This document shows, in pieces, positions 11,684 through 25,470 of a stretch of DNA of 64,000 nucleotides (position 1 is the first letter of the stretch; each line of letters starts with the position of its first letter). Below the pieces are notes generated by a model, which searched no databases, was not told the DNA's origin, and worked only from the letters and a program-made list of their open reading frames with translations. The stretch comes from Octopus sinensis (Eukaryota), in assembly GCF_006345805.1 (NCBI RefSeq), contig NC_042997.1, positions 102,424,001-102,488,000 of the forward strand, read 5' to 3'. The position numbers and the translations under genes were made by a program.

Positions 11684-13043
11684 CTAGAATGTATAGAATA
11701 TAGGATAAGTGTATTTAATACGGAACATTTTTGATTCCTATATAAAAATAATAAAATCATGAATTATTTATAAACTTTCCAAATACAATGCATATATTAC
11801 TGAAAGAATTTTAAATTTATAGGCTAGATAATTTACAGTTAGCTGGTTAAACTAGTGTAGCATAATTAAGTTTAATTTCACATTGTTTGAACCACACAAT
11901 AAAAGCTATCTTTTAAACGACTACAAGTTTAAAATATTTCTTTACAATTGTTTTCCCATTCTTTACAGTATTTTCCCATTTATAAACAACATTAATAGGA
12001 GGTAAGATTATTTAAAATTAATATTTTGCCTTAAGTGAATATGAGCTTTAGACACTACATTACAGCTATTAAACTCAATTGCACTAATGAAGACAGTTTA
12101 TACTAACCTGCACAAAGTGCCTTCATTTCTTTGATACAAAACTTACCTCCCATTTAAAGGAATTCATTATTAAATTCAAACCTTCCATTACAATTCATCA
12201 TTTAATATCCATGTTCCATGCTGACATGGGTTGAATGGGTTGACAAGACCTGACAGTTCTGAAGACCATATCGTGCTTCAGTGTCTGCTTTGGCATGATT
12301 TCTACAGCTATATACCCAACCTAACACCAACTACTTCAAAGCATGTACTGGGTAGGTTTTGAGAGTGTTGGGTAGATGTAATGAATGTGGGAGCGAGACA
12401 CATGGGGGAGGAGGAGAAATAATTCGGTGGCTTGAGAGGGTAATCAATGTAAAATGGAGGCGGAGAAGACAGTATTAAGAATGAAAGGTGGATAACAGTG
12501 AAATGGTTCCAGGTAATAAGAGGGAAAACTGGCACCAGGGAAAAACTGAAGCATACATTTAATTACAATAGAATAGAGCAGTTAGGTGATGGGTGGTGGG
12601 AATGTCTTGAGAAAGATATTGGGTGAGGAGCAGTTGTGCACGTATATATACATATGCATATATGGGTACAGGACGTCACCAACAGTAAACAACATGAAAT
12701 ATGAAAACATATGAGTTCAATACACAAACAACAAGAGAAACAAATGGAAAACAGGACAAGTAACACAAAGAACGACCCTTCATCAATTGTCAGCTGTCTA
12801 TCTACTCCTCATTTCGAGCATTGAACAACAATATGAGTCTTCGAAGACAGTTGCTCCCATAAATACCAAAATAAAATTTTGGATTTATGGAGGGTCAAAG
12901 TTGGGAACAAAAACAGGACAGTGGAGACATACAAGGAAACCAAACGAAAACAAACATGGAGGGTCATTAGATCAGAACACGGGTAAAATAGCGAACACTG
13001 GGGAAATATTTTCTTTGAAAAGAGAAAAGATAGAAGAGAGAGA

Positions 13044-13421
13044 TCTCTCTCTATATAAACGGCAGTTTGTGCGTTTTCTGTGTGTCTGTTTGCTTGTACC
13101 GTCACCCTGACCACGGCTTTCAACCGATTCTGATGAAACTTGACACACACATAGCCCAATGTCATAATTCAAAACTAACGCAGTGAAAATTTTGAAAAGT
13201 TCCCCCAGTTCTGAAAAAAATCGATAAATTCGACATGGGGTCGAGAATCAGAAACACAAACCGCAAACTGTCTAGGGGACGCAACTCCACCTTTTTTAAC
13301 TAAAAAAAAATTTACCATCATTTTTTTTCCATTTTTTTGCTATTTTTTGGCTATAACTCTCTAAAAATGCTTTATAGTTATTTCCCTTACAAACCTGAGC
13401 AACGCCGGGCGATACTGCTAG
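13044..13421 (+). mobile_element. Non-autonomous Helitron
   Basis: 5' TC, 3' CTAG, subterminal hairpin CCTGAGCAACGCCGGG, inserted between A and T with no TSD. Confidence 0.85.
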
Positions 13422-14480
13422 TAGAATATATATACATTGAGCTTCCAGAATCTTAGTTTCTCCAAATGGAGAAATATTTTCTTCGAAAAGAGAAAAGATA
13501 GAAGAGAGAGATAGAATATATATACATTGAGCTTCCAGAATCTTAGTTTCTCCAAATGTAGGTGATCTCAAGAACTGCATATCACCAGTCATCCTGTCCC
13601 TTTATCATTTCCTCTATGAGGTTTGGGGTTTAGGTTATTTTCAAAAAACCAGCTTACTATATTTCTAAAATATGCCCCTCTGTGTTTCAATTAAATGGCA
13701 AAATAATTGTGAATGTTGACTGCTTTCATAAAACAACTATAAATTTTTATATACTAACAATAAATACAATGTAACAAGGTCTTCCATACAGCTATTACAG
13801 AATTTGCCAAAAAACTATATAATTATAGATAGGTACAGGTGCAATCTGAAATATGACATTATTTAAATTTAGTTCAAATATCATAAAATAAAGTGATTTA
13901 TTAGCCAAAGCTTGTATCATACAGTTTACTAAAAGCTTGATATTATAGTTATTGTAAAAATGCATTAACTTCATCCAATTTATTTTGCTTGTCCTTTGTT
14001 TATATTTTGTATTTTGACTAGTCTCCACATTTGTTACATGAATGACTTGACATGGAAGAAACAAAATTAAATAAACAACAGATTTGAGTCATGAGAATGA
14101 TAAAATGAGTTCAGTTTGAAAGAGAAACATTTAAAAAGTTTTCCTTCACTCCATCCTCTTCCTGGTTTCAATACCACTGTCCGGAATTGTTTACACACTT
14201 GGATATTGAAGCATCCAGCTTAAAGCGCTTGATTCACTCTTCTATTTGCTACATTCAAAATCCATTTAAAGTCATAACTAAATTGAAGCTAATACACTTT
14301 TTATGTAATTTATTAAAAGGTAGAACATTAGAGAAATAAAGACAAAAAATAAAGGATTTGTGAAAATATTCAAAATATCCAATAAACAATATTCACATAT
14401 AAATTGTTGGACAATCTAGTGAAAACATGTGTTATCATTAATACAGTAATGATATTTACACTGATATTTTGATTAGTGAA

Positions 14481-14812
14481 GGCGCATGGCTCAGTGGTTA
14501 GAGCGTCGAGCTTACGATCGTAAGGTTGTGAGTTCGAATCCTGGACTGGGCTGCGTGTTGTGTTCTTGAGCAAGACACTTTATTTCACGTTGCTCCAGTT
14601 CACTCAGCTGGCAAAAATGAGTTGCGATGTCACAAGTGCCAAGCTGTATCGGCTGTTGCCTTTCCCTTGGATAACACTGGTGGCTTAGAGAGGGGAGGCC
14701 GGTATGCATGGGCGACTGCTGGTCTTCCATGAACAACCTTGCCCGGACTTGTGCCTGGGAGGGTAACTTTCTAGGTGCAATCCCAGGGTCAGTCAGGACT
14801 GAAGGGGATCTC
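14481..14812 (+). mobile_element. tRNA-derived SINE, well preserved
   Basis: A box TGGCTCAGTGG and B box GTTCGAATCC followed by a non-tRNA body. A decayed copy lies at about 4163-4380. Confidence 0.8.
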
Positions 14813-15680
14813 GGATTTTGATTTCAAAATGAATAAGTAAATAAGGGTTATGTCAGGCATTCTGGTATCCTATGACAATGGGCAGTATCAGGTAATTAGA
14901 TAACACATTTGTTAATTATGCTACTAAATTCTTTCAAATTCTTAATTTTTTTTCAAAATTAATTTTTACACATAAGCAGTGTATTTCATTACAATTAGGA
15001 GTGAATGAGTTTATTTCTTGTGATCTTATCAATACAACTGGAAAAAAAACTAACTAAAATTGATGAGATGTTAGGAAGAAATGATGATTGACTAAATTTA
15101 AGCAAGATTTTTCATCACAGGATCTTGTGTACATTGCCTGCTTCTAGCAGTGAATCTGGACAGTGAAAAAGATCTACAGAAAGTTACTCCAACTAAGAGG
15201 TTGAAAGATATGTTGCTCTTTAGATAGAGACATTAATCTTTAATTTTTAAATGCTTTTTACTTACAAGAAAATTTTAACTTAGCATTACAAGATAACACT
15301 TTTATTTTGTAGTACCACAACTGACAAGAGTAGAAAATTCTATTTCCTTGTGGCATCTTATTACAATTAACTGGTTTAATATTTTTAAAATGAAGGGTTG
15401 TTATCAGGGATACAGTATACTGAAAGTGATGGAATGATTATTGTCAAGTCCTCTTCATTTAGTTGGCTGTCATCTCAGCTAATTTGTGGTATTTATCTTT
15501 AAAAATGTAAAGTATCTATTACTTGCCATCAGCAAAGTTACTGATTTAAGTACTCAATTATGTCAATAATACAACAGAAGTTGACTGACATATTACTTGA
15601 AAGATATTGAAAAGTAATGGTGATAAATTGGAAAGAAGAATGAAAATAATGATGATATAAAATGTAAAAGTAAAACATAC

Positions 15681-15794
15681 CTCAGAAGATTTCATTGTTT
15701 CAATTTTAGCTATATACACCAAATGACAAATATCTGATTCAATTGAATTGAATTGAGTGTTGTTAAATGCTGAATAAAATTCATCAGCCAATTC
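15681..15794 (-). CDS. BRAP: BRAP coding exon 6 (ELADEFYSAFNNTQFNSIESDICHLVYIAKIETMKSSE)
   Basis: Matches BRAP ADSFY..NGRQFNSIEDDVCQLVYV. Acceptor CAACTAG, donor GAG|GTATGT, 114 bp, phase 0-0. Confidence 0.95.
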
Positions 15795-16399
15795 CTAGTT
15801 GAAACAATAAAGAAAGAGACGTTAGAGAAACATATTATTTATGAAGATGAATACTAAATAGGATTTAATTAAAGTTACTTCTCATTTTTTTTTAATATAA
15901 AATTCTCTAAAATCAATAATCATTAGTTAATACTTAGTATTTATCATTGCCATTATTTTGGATATTAATCTAATTAAGATTTTATTTTACAATCAGCCCT
16001 ATTTGTGTGTATGAATGAGAGAGAAATGATGAAAGAGAGAAATTAAGACAGAAAAAGAGATTGAATATTAAAGCAGGTATGTCATGTCACAGTTTGATAC
16101 AACTTGGCACTTAGATACTATTAAAAATAGAGTTCACTCATTTACAAGCCTTCAGAGCAGGAATCTGGTTTGAGGATAAGACAACCCTGACACAATGCTT
16201 CTCTTATGTAGTACCACTGGCAACCTGAGGGTTCATATAAAAAAAAATTCCAAACAGAGGCCCGCCTCCAGATAATAAAGGCCCTGAACTTATGGGTAAC
16301 TACAAACCACCTCTCTTACTCAGCTGACCACTACAAAGTAACACCCCCCAACATTTTTTTTTTGGATAACAAAAGATGCCTTGTAAATCAAGCAACTTA

Positions 16400-17050
16400 C
16401 AAGTTCTTCACCTCCCAAATTGCAAAAGGGTCTTCTGTTCTCTGTCAAGGTCTCCACTAACTCTACAGAATCCTCCAACTTACCACTTATCAATCAAGAT
16501 GGTTCTGAAGTAACATTCATACTGCAAAAGTAATCACATCTGCTGCAACACCACTGTGCACATGTGCTTCCAACATCAGACTGTACATATACAACAAAAC
16601 TACTCCTAAATTCCCCTTTTCCACTCCACTATCTCTTCAACATGTGTTATATATCACCATCTACAAACATTTTCTTAACTGCTTTAAAGTTAAAAGGGAC
16701 CAGTCCTGACATTCTTTCTATCAATTTCAAAAACGGTTTTCTAGAACCAGTAAGCTTTTCAATCATTGTTTCACAAGAATCAATCCTAGTCTATAGAAAC
16801 ATAAAAGTGCATCCCATTACCAATGGTAATGTTTCTTTCTATGACAACTATCACAGTTGCCCTCACTTCAAAAATCTCAAAGGTAATGGAAACAGTTAAA
16901 AACAAACATCTTCATTGTCTTGAGTCTCTCTCCCTTTTCAAGGACCACCACAATAGTTAGTATAGAGCCAGATCTACATAAAACTTATTCTATTACATTA
17001 TACACAAGTAGTCATTTGCCCTTGATAAATTTGGAGAAAGCAATGCTTTT
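16400..17050 (+). mobile_element. Degenerate CR1/L2-like LINE RT fragment
   Basis: KGTSPDILSINFKN...VHPITNGNVSFYDNYH resembles KSPGPDGI...V.PIPK.G....NYRPI. Confidence 0.5.
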
Positions 17051-18582
17051 GCCCTTTGACACATGTAACATACATATACATATGTCAAATGTGGAAACTT
17101 TTGCAGTTAGTGGTGTATATATTTGTATGCCATTTTTATACCAGTTACATTGTAAGTGTTTTTACAGTTGATTCACAATAGGTATTATCTTCATGTCTGT
17201 GTTACTTGTATCAAGATACAAGTGACACAAAGATAAACAACAGAAATAACACTGACAACTCAAAACTACACAGTTCAATAAGGGTTTTATTCATAATGGG
17301 AAGTTAAAAATGTTTTTACAGTATTCATATTTGATTTTTTTCTGAGTCAATACAATATGAGGAATTTCTGATGTACTGACACGATGGAAATGTTAATTAA
17401 ACGTAATTCGAGCAAGGCTTTTCATAACAGTGATCAGTGTACAACATCAGTTTCTGAGATGCATTCCACAAAGTAGGCAAGATGCCCTGAAGTATATATA
17501 TAGCAGCATCTGTGGAGTTCAGTTAGTGTGCATTGTACAAGAAAATTTGAACTAAAGGCTGTAAGCTAACACTTCTATTATAAAGTGCCCACTTATAACA
17601 GCAATAAGATGATCTCTATGACAGTAATTCACAACAGGACAGGGTGAACCTTTGAGAATTGGATGTCTTTTTCAATGGAATTGACAAACAGTAATCACGA
17701 CTTTCATTACATATATCAAGAGAAAAAATGTTGCAAACCTCCAACCTAAACAGCTATGATCCTCTGAATTACTATGAATGATAGGCCTCAACATTACTGA
17801 CGATTTCTACTAGTGACTGAATGTCTTCTACCTACTAAAGGCTACACCCCTAAGACTGATTTTCCTTGAAGGCCCAGAAAATACTCAGTTTTCAACAACT
17901 ACAAACCTTATACAAAAGCTTGAGTAGAGTGCTGCACACTCATTTAGGATGGCACTGCAGCTACACATGCAATCCTCCTAAACTACATAAAAAAAAGGCC
18001 ACCTGACTGATTAGAATGAAGAAGCTCACCAACACACACTGGACCACACATGCTGTTTCCTCTATCTTTTCTTCTGATACTATTGTGGCCTTTACTCATC
18101 AGAGTTAGTTAGTATCATGCCACCTCCACCTAGGCACTCTCAATTTGCCTGTTACCTATAGTTAGATCACTAATCACTCCCAACCCCGGGCCCAACAATA
18201 ACCACTATGCCCAGTACTCCTCCACTCATGCATACACAAAATAGTGGCTCTCTGAAATTCTTTCCCTACCCATGGTTTTCCTGCAGCTATTTAGGAAGAA
18301 AGTTATAATTCCATACATCTCACCAGTCTTAGAATACTTGCAAAAGTTATGGGCACAGCCCCTTCAACTAGATCAAGTCCATTAAAAAATTATAAAGAAG
18401 TAACAATTCCTGCAAGCTACAGCATCTTTTCACAATAAGATAAAAACAATTAACAGATTGGTTTAAATTATAGATTACTTTATGTCACACAAAGATTATT
18501 TAATCTTCATTTAAAAAGTATTTTATTTGGCTCATTAAATTGTAGCAACAAATAATGGAATTAAATATTTCAAAATTCTTAC

Positions 18583-18661
18583 CTGAGTTTTGAACTTAAC
18601 CAGAACCATATACTGATTAGGAGTAGAATCCCTAATGATTCGCATACTTTCTACACCAGCA
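18583..18661 (-). CDS. BRAP: BRAP coding exon 5 (AGVESMRIIRDSTPNQYMVLVKFKTQ)
   Basis: Near-invariant IIRDSTPNQYMVL.KF motif. Acceptor TTTCTAG, donor CAG|GTAAGA, 79 bp, phase 2-0. Confidence 0.96.
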
Positions 18662-19187
18662 CTAGAAATAGATAGAAAAAATATTTATCCACACCATTTC
18701 CACTGTACTGAAACTAAAGATACTCCAATAAACACATTCAAATGTTAGAAACAAGTCCCAACTTATACATCCCTCACCACCCATACTCCTGTGAAGAGTT
18801 CTGTTCTTGACATTGTTAAAGGTACCTAAAGGATGATTCATTACAGTTACATAACATTAAAGACCTTTCATGTATTTAGTTAATAAATATCATTATCATC
18901 ATCGATTTAAAGTCCACTTTACCATGCTCACATGAATTGGACAGAATTTATTAAGGCAGATTTTCTATGGTAAGATGCCATTCTTGTTGCCCATCTTCAT
19001 TTGTTTCCAAATAAGGTGATGTTCCTCATGATCAGACATGCATTCATGGAAGATTGGAAACAAAGGGCATTGCCTGCTTGACAGTGACACTCATTTACAA
19101 CTATCACACAAGAGTCAAAGCGAGGGGACAGTAACACACATACACATGTACACACAAACAAACGTACACACTTATACACATAACATA

Positions 19188-19418
19188 CAGGCTTGGCCAA
19201 AAGTCACCTGACAGTAAATCAAAACCATTTAATTCCAAGATTTATTTATGTTCAACAACTGAATGAATTTAATAAAATCATCTAAATATGAAACATCATG
19301 AAAATTGTTCAAACTGAAGTTCTTCTTACGCAACACATTTTTCCATTTGAGTCAATACAGAATTACAGATACTATTTATGGAATTTTGATTTACTGTCGG
19401 GTGACATTTGACCAACAT
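19188..19418. mobile_element. Small Tc1/mariner-type MITE
   Basis: Inverted ends GGCCAAAAGTCACCTGACAGTAAATCAAAA / TTTTGATTTACTGTCGGGTGACATTTGACC, starting after TA. Confidence 0.7.
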
Positions 19419-19420
19419 TA

Positions 19421-19454
<34 letters not shown>

Positions 19455-22400
19455 AATCAAAACAAGCAACAAGGATATCCAGAGATATGTTGCTTATTTT
19501 GATCTTAATCACCTTATTTTGAAATTGTATAGATAATACTGTACTAAATTCTGGTGCCTCAACTGAAGTACCATATTCATCTGACTGTATGTATGTGTAT
19601 GTATATATATATATATATATTACATTTTATAAAGGGCTTAGTAAAATAAATTACTTTGCCACATTTATTTTACTAAGCCCTTTATAAAATGTAATATTTT
19701 GAATTCGCCTTAAATGGTCCCTTTACATACTGAACACTTGGTGAAATTGATTAATAATAATAATTAATTAATTTTACCCTCAATTGTTGAAAATATATAT
19801 ATATATATATATACATACACAAAACAAGCTTCTTTCAGTTTCTGTCAACCAAATCAAGTCACAAGGCTTTGGCCAGCCCAGGGCTATTGCAGAAGACACT
19901 TGCCTAACATTCCACATGATGGAACCAAAACCAAAAACCATGGAGGAGGGAAGCAAACATTTTACCATACACCCACACCTGCACCTAATAATACTTAGTT
20001 TATAAATATCTATTTCATAATAAAATATTTAAAAACTTCACAAGATACAAACAAATTATATAAAATACCCCAAAAATAAATACATAAAATTTGTAAATAT
20101 ACAATATATTTTCATCTGTATTTACATATTGTTTTCTTAAATAGTTTTGCATCTGTTCTTGTATTCTAATAATTTATTACATGTCTCAGGTTTCATCATC
20201 ATCGTTTAACGTCCGCTTTCCATGCTAGCATGGGTTCGACGATTTGACTAGGGGCTAGCGAACCAGATGGCTGCACCAGGTTCCAATCTTCATCTGGCAG
20301 AGTTTCTACAGCTGGATGCCCTTCCTAACGCCAACCACTCTGCGAGTGAGGTGAGTGCTTTTACGTGCCACCAGCATGGGGGCCAGTCAGGCGGTACTGG
20401 CAACGACCTCGCTCGAATGTTTTTTCATGTGCCAGTAAGGTGACGTTGGTAACGATCACGCTCGAATGGTGCCTTTTACATGCCACTGGCACGGAAGCCA
20501 GTTAACCACTCTGGCAACAATCACACAAGGATGATGCTCTTAACACCCCCACTAGCACGGGGCACAAGTGCCAGTAAGGCGATGTTGGTAACGATATGCC
20601 AATAAATTTTGAAAACCTTTCTCATAAAATATGTGCTGCTTTTATTCCATCTACTTAGCGTTTTTTACACTTAGTCATATCATTCCGATTGATATTACAC
20701 AGCCTCTATAGTCAATGTAGTCTGTTTCAGTGTCATACAACCCTATGTAGCCTTTCTGATACATACATCAAACAACTTATATATCATACAAGAGGAATGT
20801 CTTTTAAAATTGACTCATTATATACCCTCTAACAGAGTTGAACAACATGCCAGCACGGAACATGGATGTTAAATGATGATGATGATGGAATAGAGACACT
20901 TAGGAAAATTAATTAGTGTAATGAATTTGGAAAATGAAATGCAACTATTTTGTATAACTTTTGTAATGGCTTGTAAATAGGTGTATTGTATTAAAAAAAG
21001 TTTCAAATATTCAGACAAAATATAATAGCCATTTGTGTATTGTGATGAAAATACATGAAAAAGCAAATTGAATGCAGTATTCATCAGAAGATAGTACCTC
21101 TTATCAACTGCATTGTTTATAAAACACAAATTATTTTGGTAGCTGGATTATAATAGGCATGGCTGTGTAGTAACAAGCTTGCTTCCCAACCATATGGTTC
21201 CAGGTTCAGTCCCAATGCATAGCACCTTGGGCAAGTGTCTTCTACTATAGCTTCAAGACAATCAAAGCCTTGTGAGTGGATTTGTTATACAGAAGACTTA
21301 ATAGATTTGTTGCTGTTTAGTTACGTATTCAGGAGTAGTTTAATGAATTAATTTACAGATACGGTTGTAAATAGGGTAAATGTGTTTGAAAGTTGTGGTT
21401 TCTTTGGGTTGTTTGTTCCCAAACAACACTTATTTTAGTATTGTTGACACTGCTGGACTGAATGGTACTATCCAGGTGTCAAAACCATAATGATATCTGT
21501 GGGGAAGCTGATAATAGAGGTATGATGGATTGTTGGTATGGCTGTAGAATAATATTATAACACATCCTTTTGATATATATATTTATGTATGTGTCTGTGT
21601 GTTAGTGTCTATTCCCCACCACTGCTTGACAACCACTGATGGTGTGTTTACATCTCCATAACTTAATGGTTCAGCAAAGGAAACCAACAGAATAAGTATT
21701 AGGCTTAAAAATAAAAGTGCTAGGGTTGATTCATTTGACAAAAAACTTTTGATGGTGGTACCCCAGCATGGCCAGTCTACTGAATGAAACAAATAAAAAG
21801 TAAACCAAAATAATAAAATAGTTTCAAATTTTTTGGCAGAGGGCCAGCAGTTTCTGAGGGAAAGGGAAAGTCAATTACATCAACCTCAGTATTTAACTGG
21901 TGCTATTTCACTGACCATAAAAGGATGAAAGTAAAGTCAACCTAGGCGACATCTGAACTCAGAACATAAACAACAACAACAACAACAACAGCAACAGCAA
22001 CAACAACAACAACCACCACCACCACCACCACCCACTACCACCACCACAAGGGCAACAATTTTGGGAGAGGGGATGAGTTGATTACATCAACCACAGTGTT
22101 AAACTGGTACTTATTTTATCGACCCTGAAAAAATGAAAGGCTAAGTTGACCTCATCAGAATTTGAACTCAGAAAGTAACAACAAACGAAATACCAATAAG
22201 CATTTTGCCCGACATGCTAATAATAATAATGATGATGATGATGATGATAATAAAAGATCAGGAAGTCGAGGTAACTCAAATGTGAACTCTAAATACAGAA
22301 ACAATTCCTGTTATAGTAGACACATTAGGTATGATAAAAAAATATTCAGACAAATACATAACAAAAACACCAGGACTAACAAGTATATATAACATACAGA

Positions 22401-22579
22401 AAATAGCACTACTAGACACTGCACACATCCTATGTAAAACACTTTCAATACAGTAAAAATAAGAGCATCACAACAAACCACAGCACTTACCCAAGGCACA
22501 CAGAGCTGCACTCAGTAGCGCAATGAAAGCACATGATAAAAATAAGACTACTGAACAATAATAATAATATGCATATATA

Positions 22580-23837
22580 CAGGGGTTGGACAAAATAATG
22601 GAAACATCTAGCATCATAATTTTGAAATATCTATAAAACCGTCAAAAGTTTGTTTATTTTTATGTTTTTTTTTAAATTTATTATTAGTGTTGCTTAATAT
22701 GATTTGCTAAAATTGCTGTTTCTTTTCAGATATCATCAGAAAAAGGTAATTAAAATTCATGAAAATGACAGATCAATCAGACTTTCAAAGAGATCAAATT
22801 GTTGGTGCTCATATGGTTGGCGCTAGCATAACGAAAACAGGAGAAATGTTTGGTGTATCAAGAAGTACTGTCTTGAAAGTAATGACAGCCTCTGAGAAAG
22901 AGGTAAAAATCTCCTCATCGAAACAAAACTTTGGATTGGGACCATCGGACTCTTACACAAATTATTAGAAAGGATCACAAAAGTACAGCTCCCAAAATTA
23001 CTGCAGAGCTTAATGCCCACCTCAAGAACACAGTTTCCACAAAAACTGTTCACCGGGAACTGCACAAAGCTGGATTTCATGGGAGGGCTGCAATCAGAAA
23101 ACCACTACTTTCAAAAGCAAACGTTGCAAATCGTTTAGTGTGGAGTAAAAACCCACAGAATTGGTCCCTAGAGCAGTGGAAGAATGTTATTTTCTTGCAC
23201 GAGTCATCCTTTACTTTATTTCCAACCACAAGCTGTGTATACATGTAGAAACAGCCAAAAGAAGCATTTGACCCAGGCTGCCTTCTTTCAACTGTTAAAC
23301 ATGGAGGAGGATCTGTGATGATCGGGGGGGGGGGGGGCTATATCTTGGAAATCTGCTGGCCCAATGATTTCTCTTCATGGCAGAATTAATAGTCAAGACT
23401 ATTTAAGCATTTTATCTGATCAAATTCATCATATGGTTGCGGAACTGTTTACTGAGGGAAACGCAATCTTTCAGGATGATAATGCACCAATTCACACAGC
23501 TAAAGTTGTTACTGAATGGCACAAGAAACATTCTAGTGAAGTTGAACATCTTATCTGGCCACCACAGTCCCCAGATTTCAATATTATTGAACATTTATGG
23601 TGCATTTTAGAAAAACAAGTAAGGAGTCGATATCCCCCACGATCATCACTACAAGAACTAGAGACTACTTTAGCAGAAGAATGGACAAAAATTCCTTTGG
23701 AAACAATTCAAACTTTGTATGAGTCCATACCTCATAGAATTCGAGCAGTAATTACTGCCAAAGGCAGTCCTACCCTATATTAAAATAAATTTGTTTGAAA
23801 TTTTAAGGTGTTTCCATTATTTTGTCCAACTCCTCTG
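22580..23837 (+). mobile_element. Tc1 (DD34E) transposon, near full length, inactivated
   Basis: TIR CAGGGGTTGGACAAAATAATGGAAAC at both ends after TA. Transposase pieces include HTH, KHGGGSVM, FQDDNAPIH and WPPQSPDFNIIE, with frameshifts and a stop. Confidence 0.95.
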
Positions 23838-23866
23838 TGTGTGTGCGTATAGATAGATAGATAGAT

Positions 23867-24129
23867 ACAATTACAGTGTGGAAGGTGTTTATAAGCCATT
23901 TAAAAAACACACAAAAACCATTAGATTCACTTCGACATTTAAATTCAGTTTGTGTCAAAATATTTTCGTCACTTTGAAACCGCAACCTGTTCACTGACAA
24001 AATTTCATGCTACATCACAAAAGCGACAAAACTATTTTGACACAAATTAAATTTAAATGTTGAAGTGTATCTAATGGTTTTTGTGTGTTTTTTTAAATGG
24101 CTTATAAACACCTTCCACGCTGCAATTGT
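23867..24129. mobile_element. MITE/foldback element with about 100-bp inverted arms
   Basis: ACAATTACAGTGTGGAAGGTGTTTATAAGCCATTT... is mirrored by ...AAATGGCTTATAAACACCTTCCACGCTGCAATTGT. Confidence 0.8.
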
Positions 24130-24206
24130 CTGTTTCAGCACACAATATCAGATCAAGTCACTTGCGATGTAAGTACATCTCCGTAACATATATATATATA
24201 TATATA

Positions 24207-25470
24207 CGAGGGGCGTTCAATAAGTAATGCCCCTGACCCACTTCCCATAGCAGTAGAGCAACGAAACTTGGCACAGTTATTAGTCTTTTTCTACATAGGA
24301 ACCACCCAGAGTTACGCATTTCTCCCATTGTTTGAAGCAGCTCTGGAGACCGTTTTTGTAGAAGACCCCAGCTTGGTCCTCCAAACACGACGTGACTTCA
24401 TAAAACAAGGCTGCATCATCTTTCAAAAACAACTTCATGGCTGGGAAGAGGTGAAAATCAGAGGGTGCAAGGTCAAGAGAGTAGGGGGGTGAAAGAGGAG
24501 TTCATAGCCGCACGCCTGTGCTTCTGATCTGGGAGCAAGCGAGTTGTGAACTGGAGCGTTGTCCTGCAGGAGGAGGATGCCTTTGCTGATCTTGCCCCAC
24601 CTCTTGATTTTGATAGCTTCTCTTAATTTCCTCAAAAGTGAAGCATAATAGGCTCCTGTAATTGTGGTACCCTTTGCCAGGAAATCTGTCATCACTACTC
24701 TGTCCTGGTCCCAGAAGACTGTGAGCATGACCTTGCCAGCGGAGGGCTGCACCCTTGCCTTCTTTGGAGGAGGTGAGTCATGGTGCTTCCACTGCATTGA
24801 CTGGGCTTTGGTCTCTGGATCATAGTGATGGACCCAGGTTTCATCCCGTGTAATCAGTCTTTTGAAAAATTTTGACTCATCTTCTTGGCACATCTCCAAA
24901 TTCATCCTCGAGCACTCGACGCGGTCTTGCTTCTGGAAAGGTGTGAGCAACCTGGGAATCCATCTGGCAGGCACCTTTTGCATATGCAAATGGTCATGAA
25001 TGATAGTTTCCACAGACCTGGTACTAATCTTGACCTCATGGGCTATTTGGCGAATAGTTATGCGTCGATCTTCCAAAATGGCAGCCTCAACTTGACATCA
25101 ATGGCAGAAGTGGGGCGACCAGATCTGGAAGCTGTTTCCACAGAGTTACGACCATGTTTGAATTCACGATGCCAGCGTTTTACAAGGTCATATGATGGGG
25201 CATCATCACCATAAGTTACTTTCATTTCATCAAAAGCCTCCCGTGGTGTGCGTCCTTTCAAATACAAAAACCGGATCACTGCTCGACACTCAACAGGCTC
25301 CATTTCACACTTGACTCAGTTCAAACACCTGTAAATCAGAAACCACAATTGGTTCAGAGCTGAAATTTACTACTTAATCTATAGAGATATAAATAATTGC
25401 ACATGCAAAATTTCAGCTAGATCAAACAACGGCAAGTGGGTCAGGAACATTACTTATTGAACGTCCCTTG
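24207..25470 (-). mobile_element. Mariner (DD34D) transposon, full length, frameshifted
   Basis: TIRs CGAGGGGCGTTCAATAAGTAATG / CATTACTTATTGAACGTCCCTTG flanked by TA. Motifs WIPRLL, ITRDETWVHHYDPE and LLQDNAPVH. Confidence 0.96.

Noticed and set aside
12100-12170. Two strong minus-strand donor-like sites
   Set aside because: No BRAP-like frame or acceptor, and exons 6 and 7 already join without a gap.
12770-12830. Possible permuted hammerhead on the minus strand (CGAAA...TTGATGA)
   Set aside because: Stems I and III could not be paired convincingly.
14481-14555. tRNA gene
   Set aside because: The A and B boxes are followed by a SINE body shared with another copy, so this is a SINE head.
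23324-23337. G14 run as a G-quadruplex element
   Set aside because: It is a slippage expansion in the Tc1 VMVWG codons that causes a frameshift, with no evidence of function.
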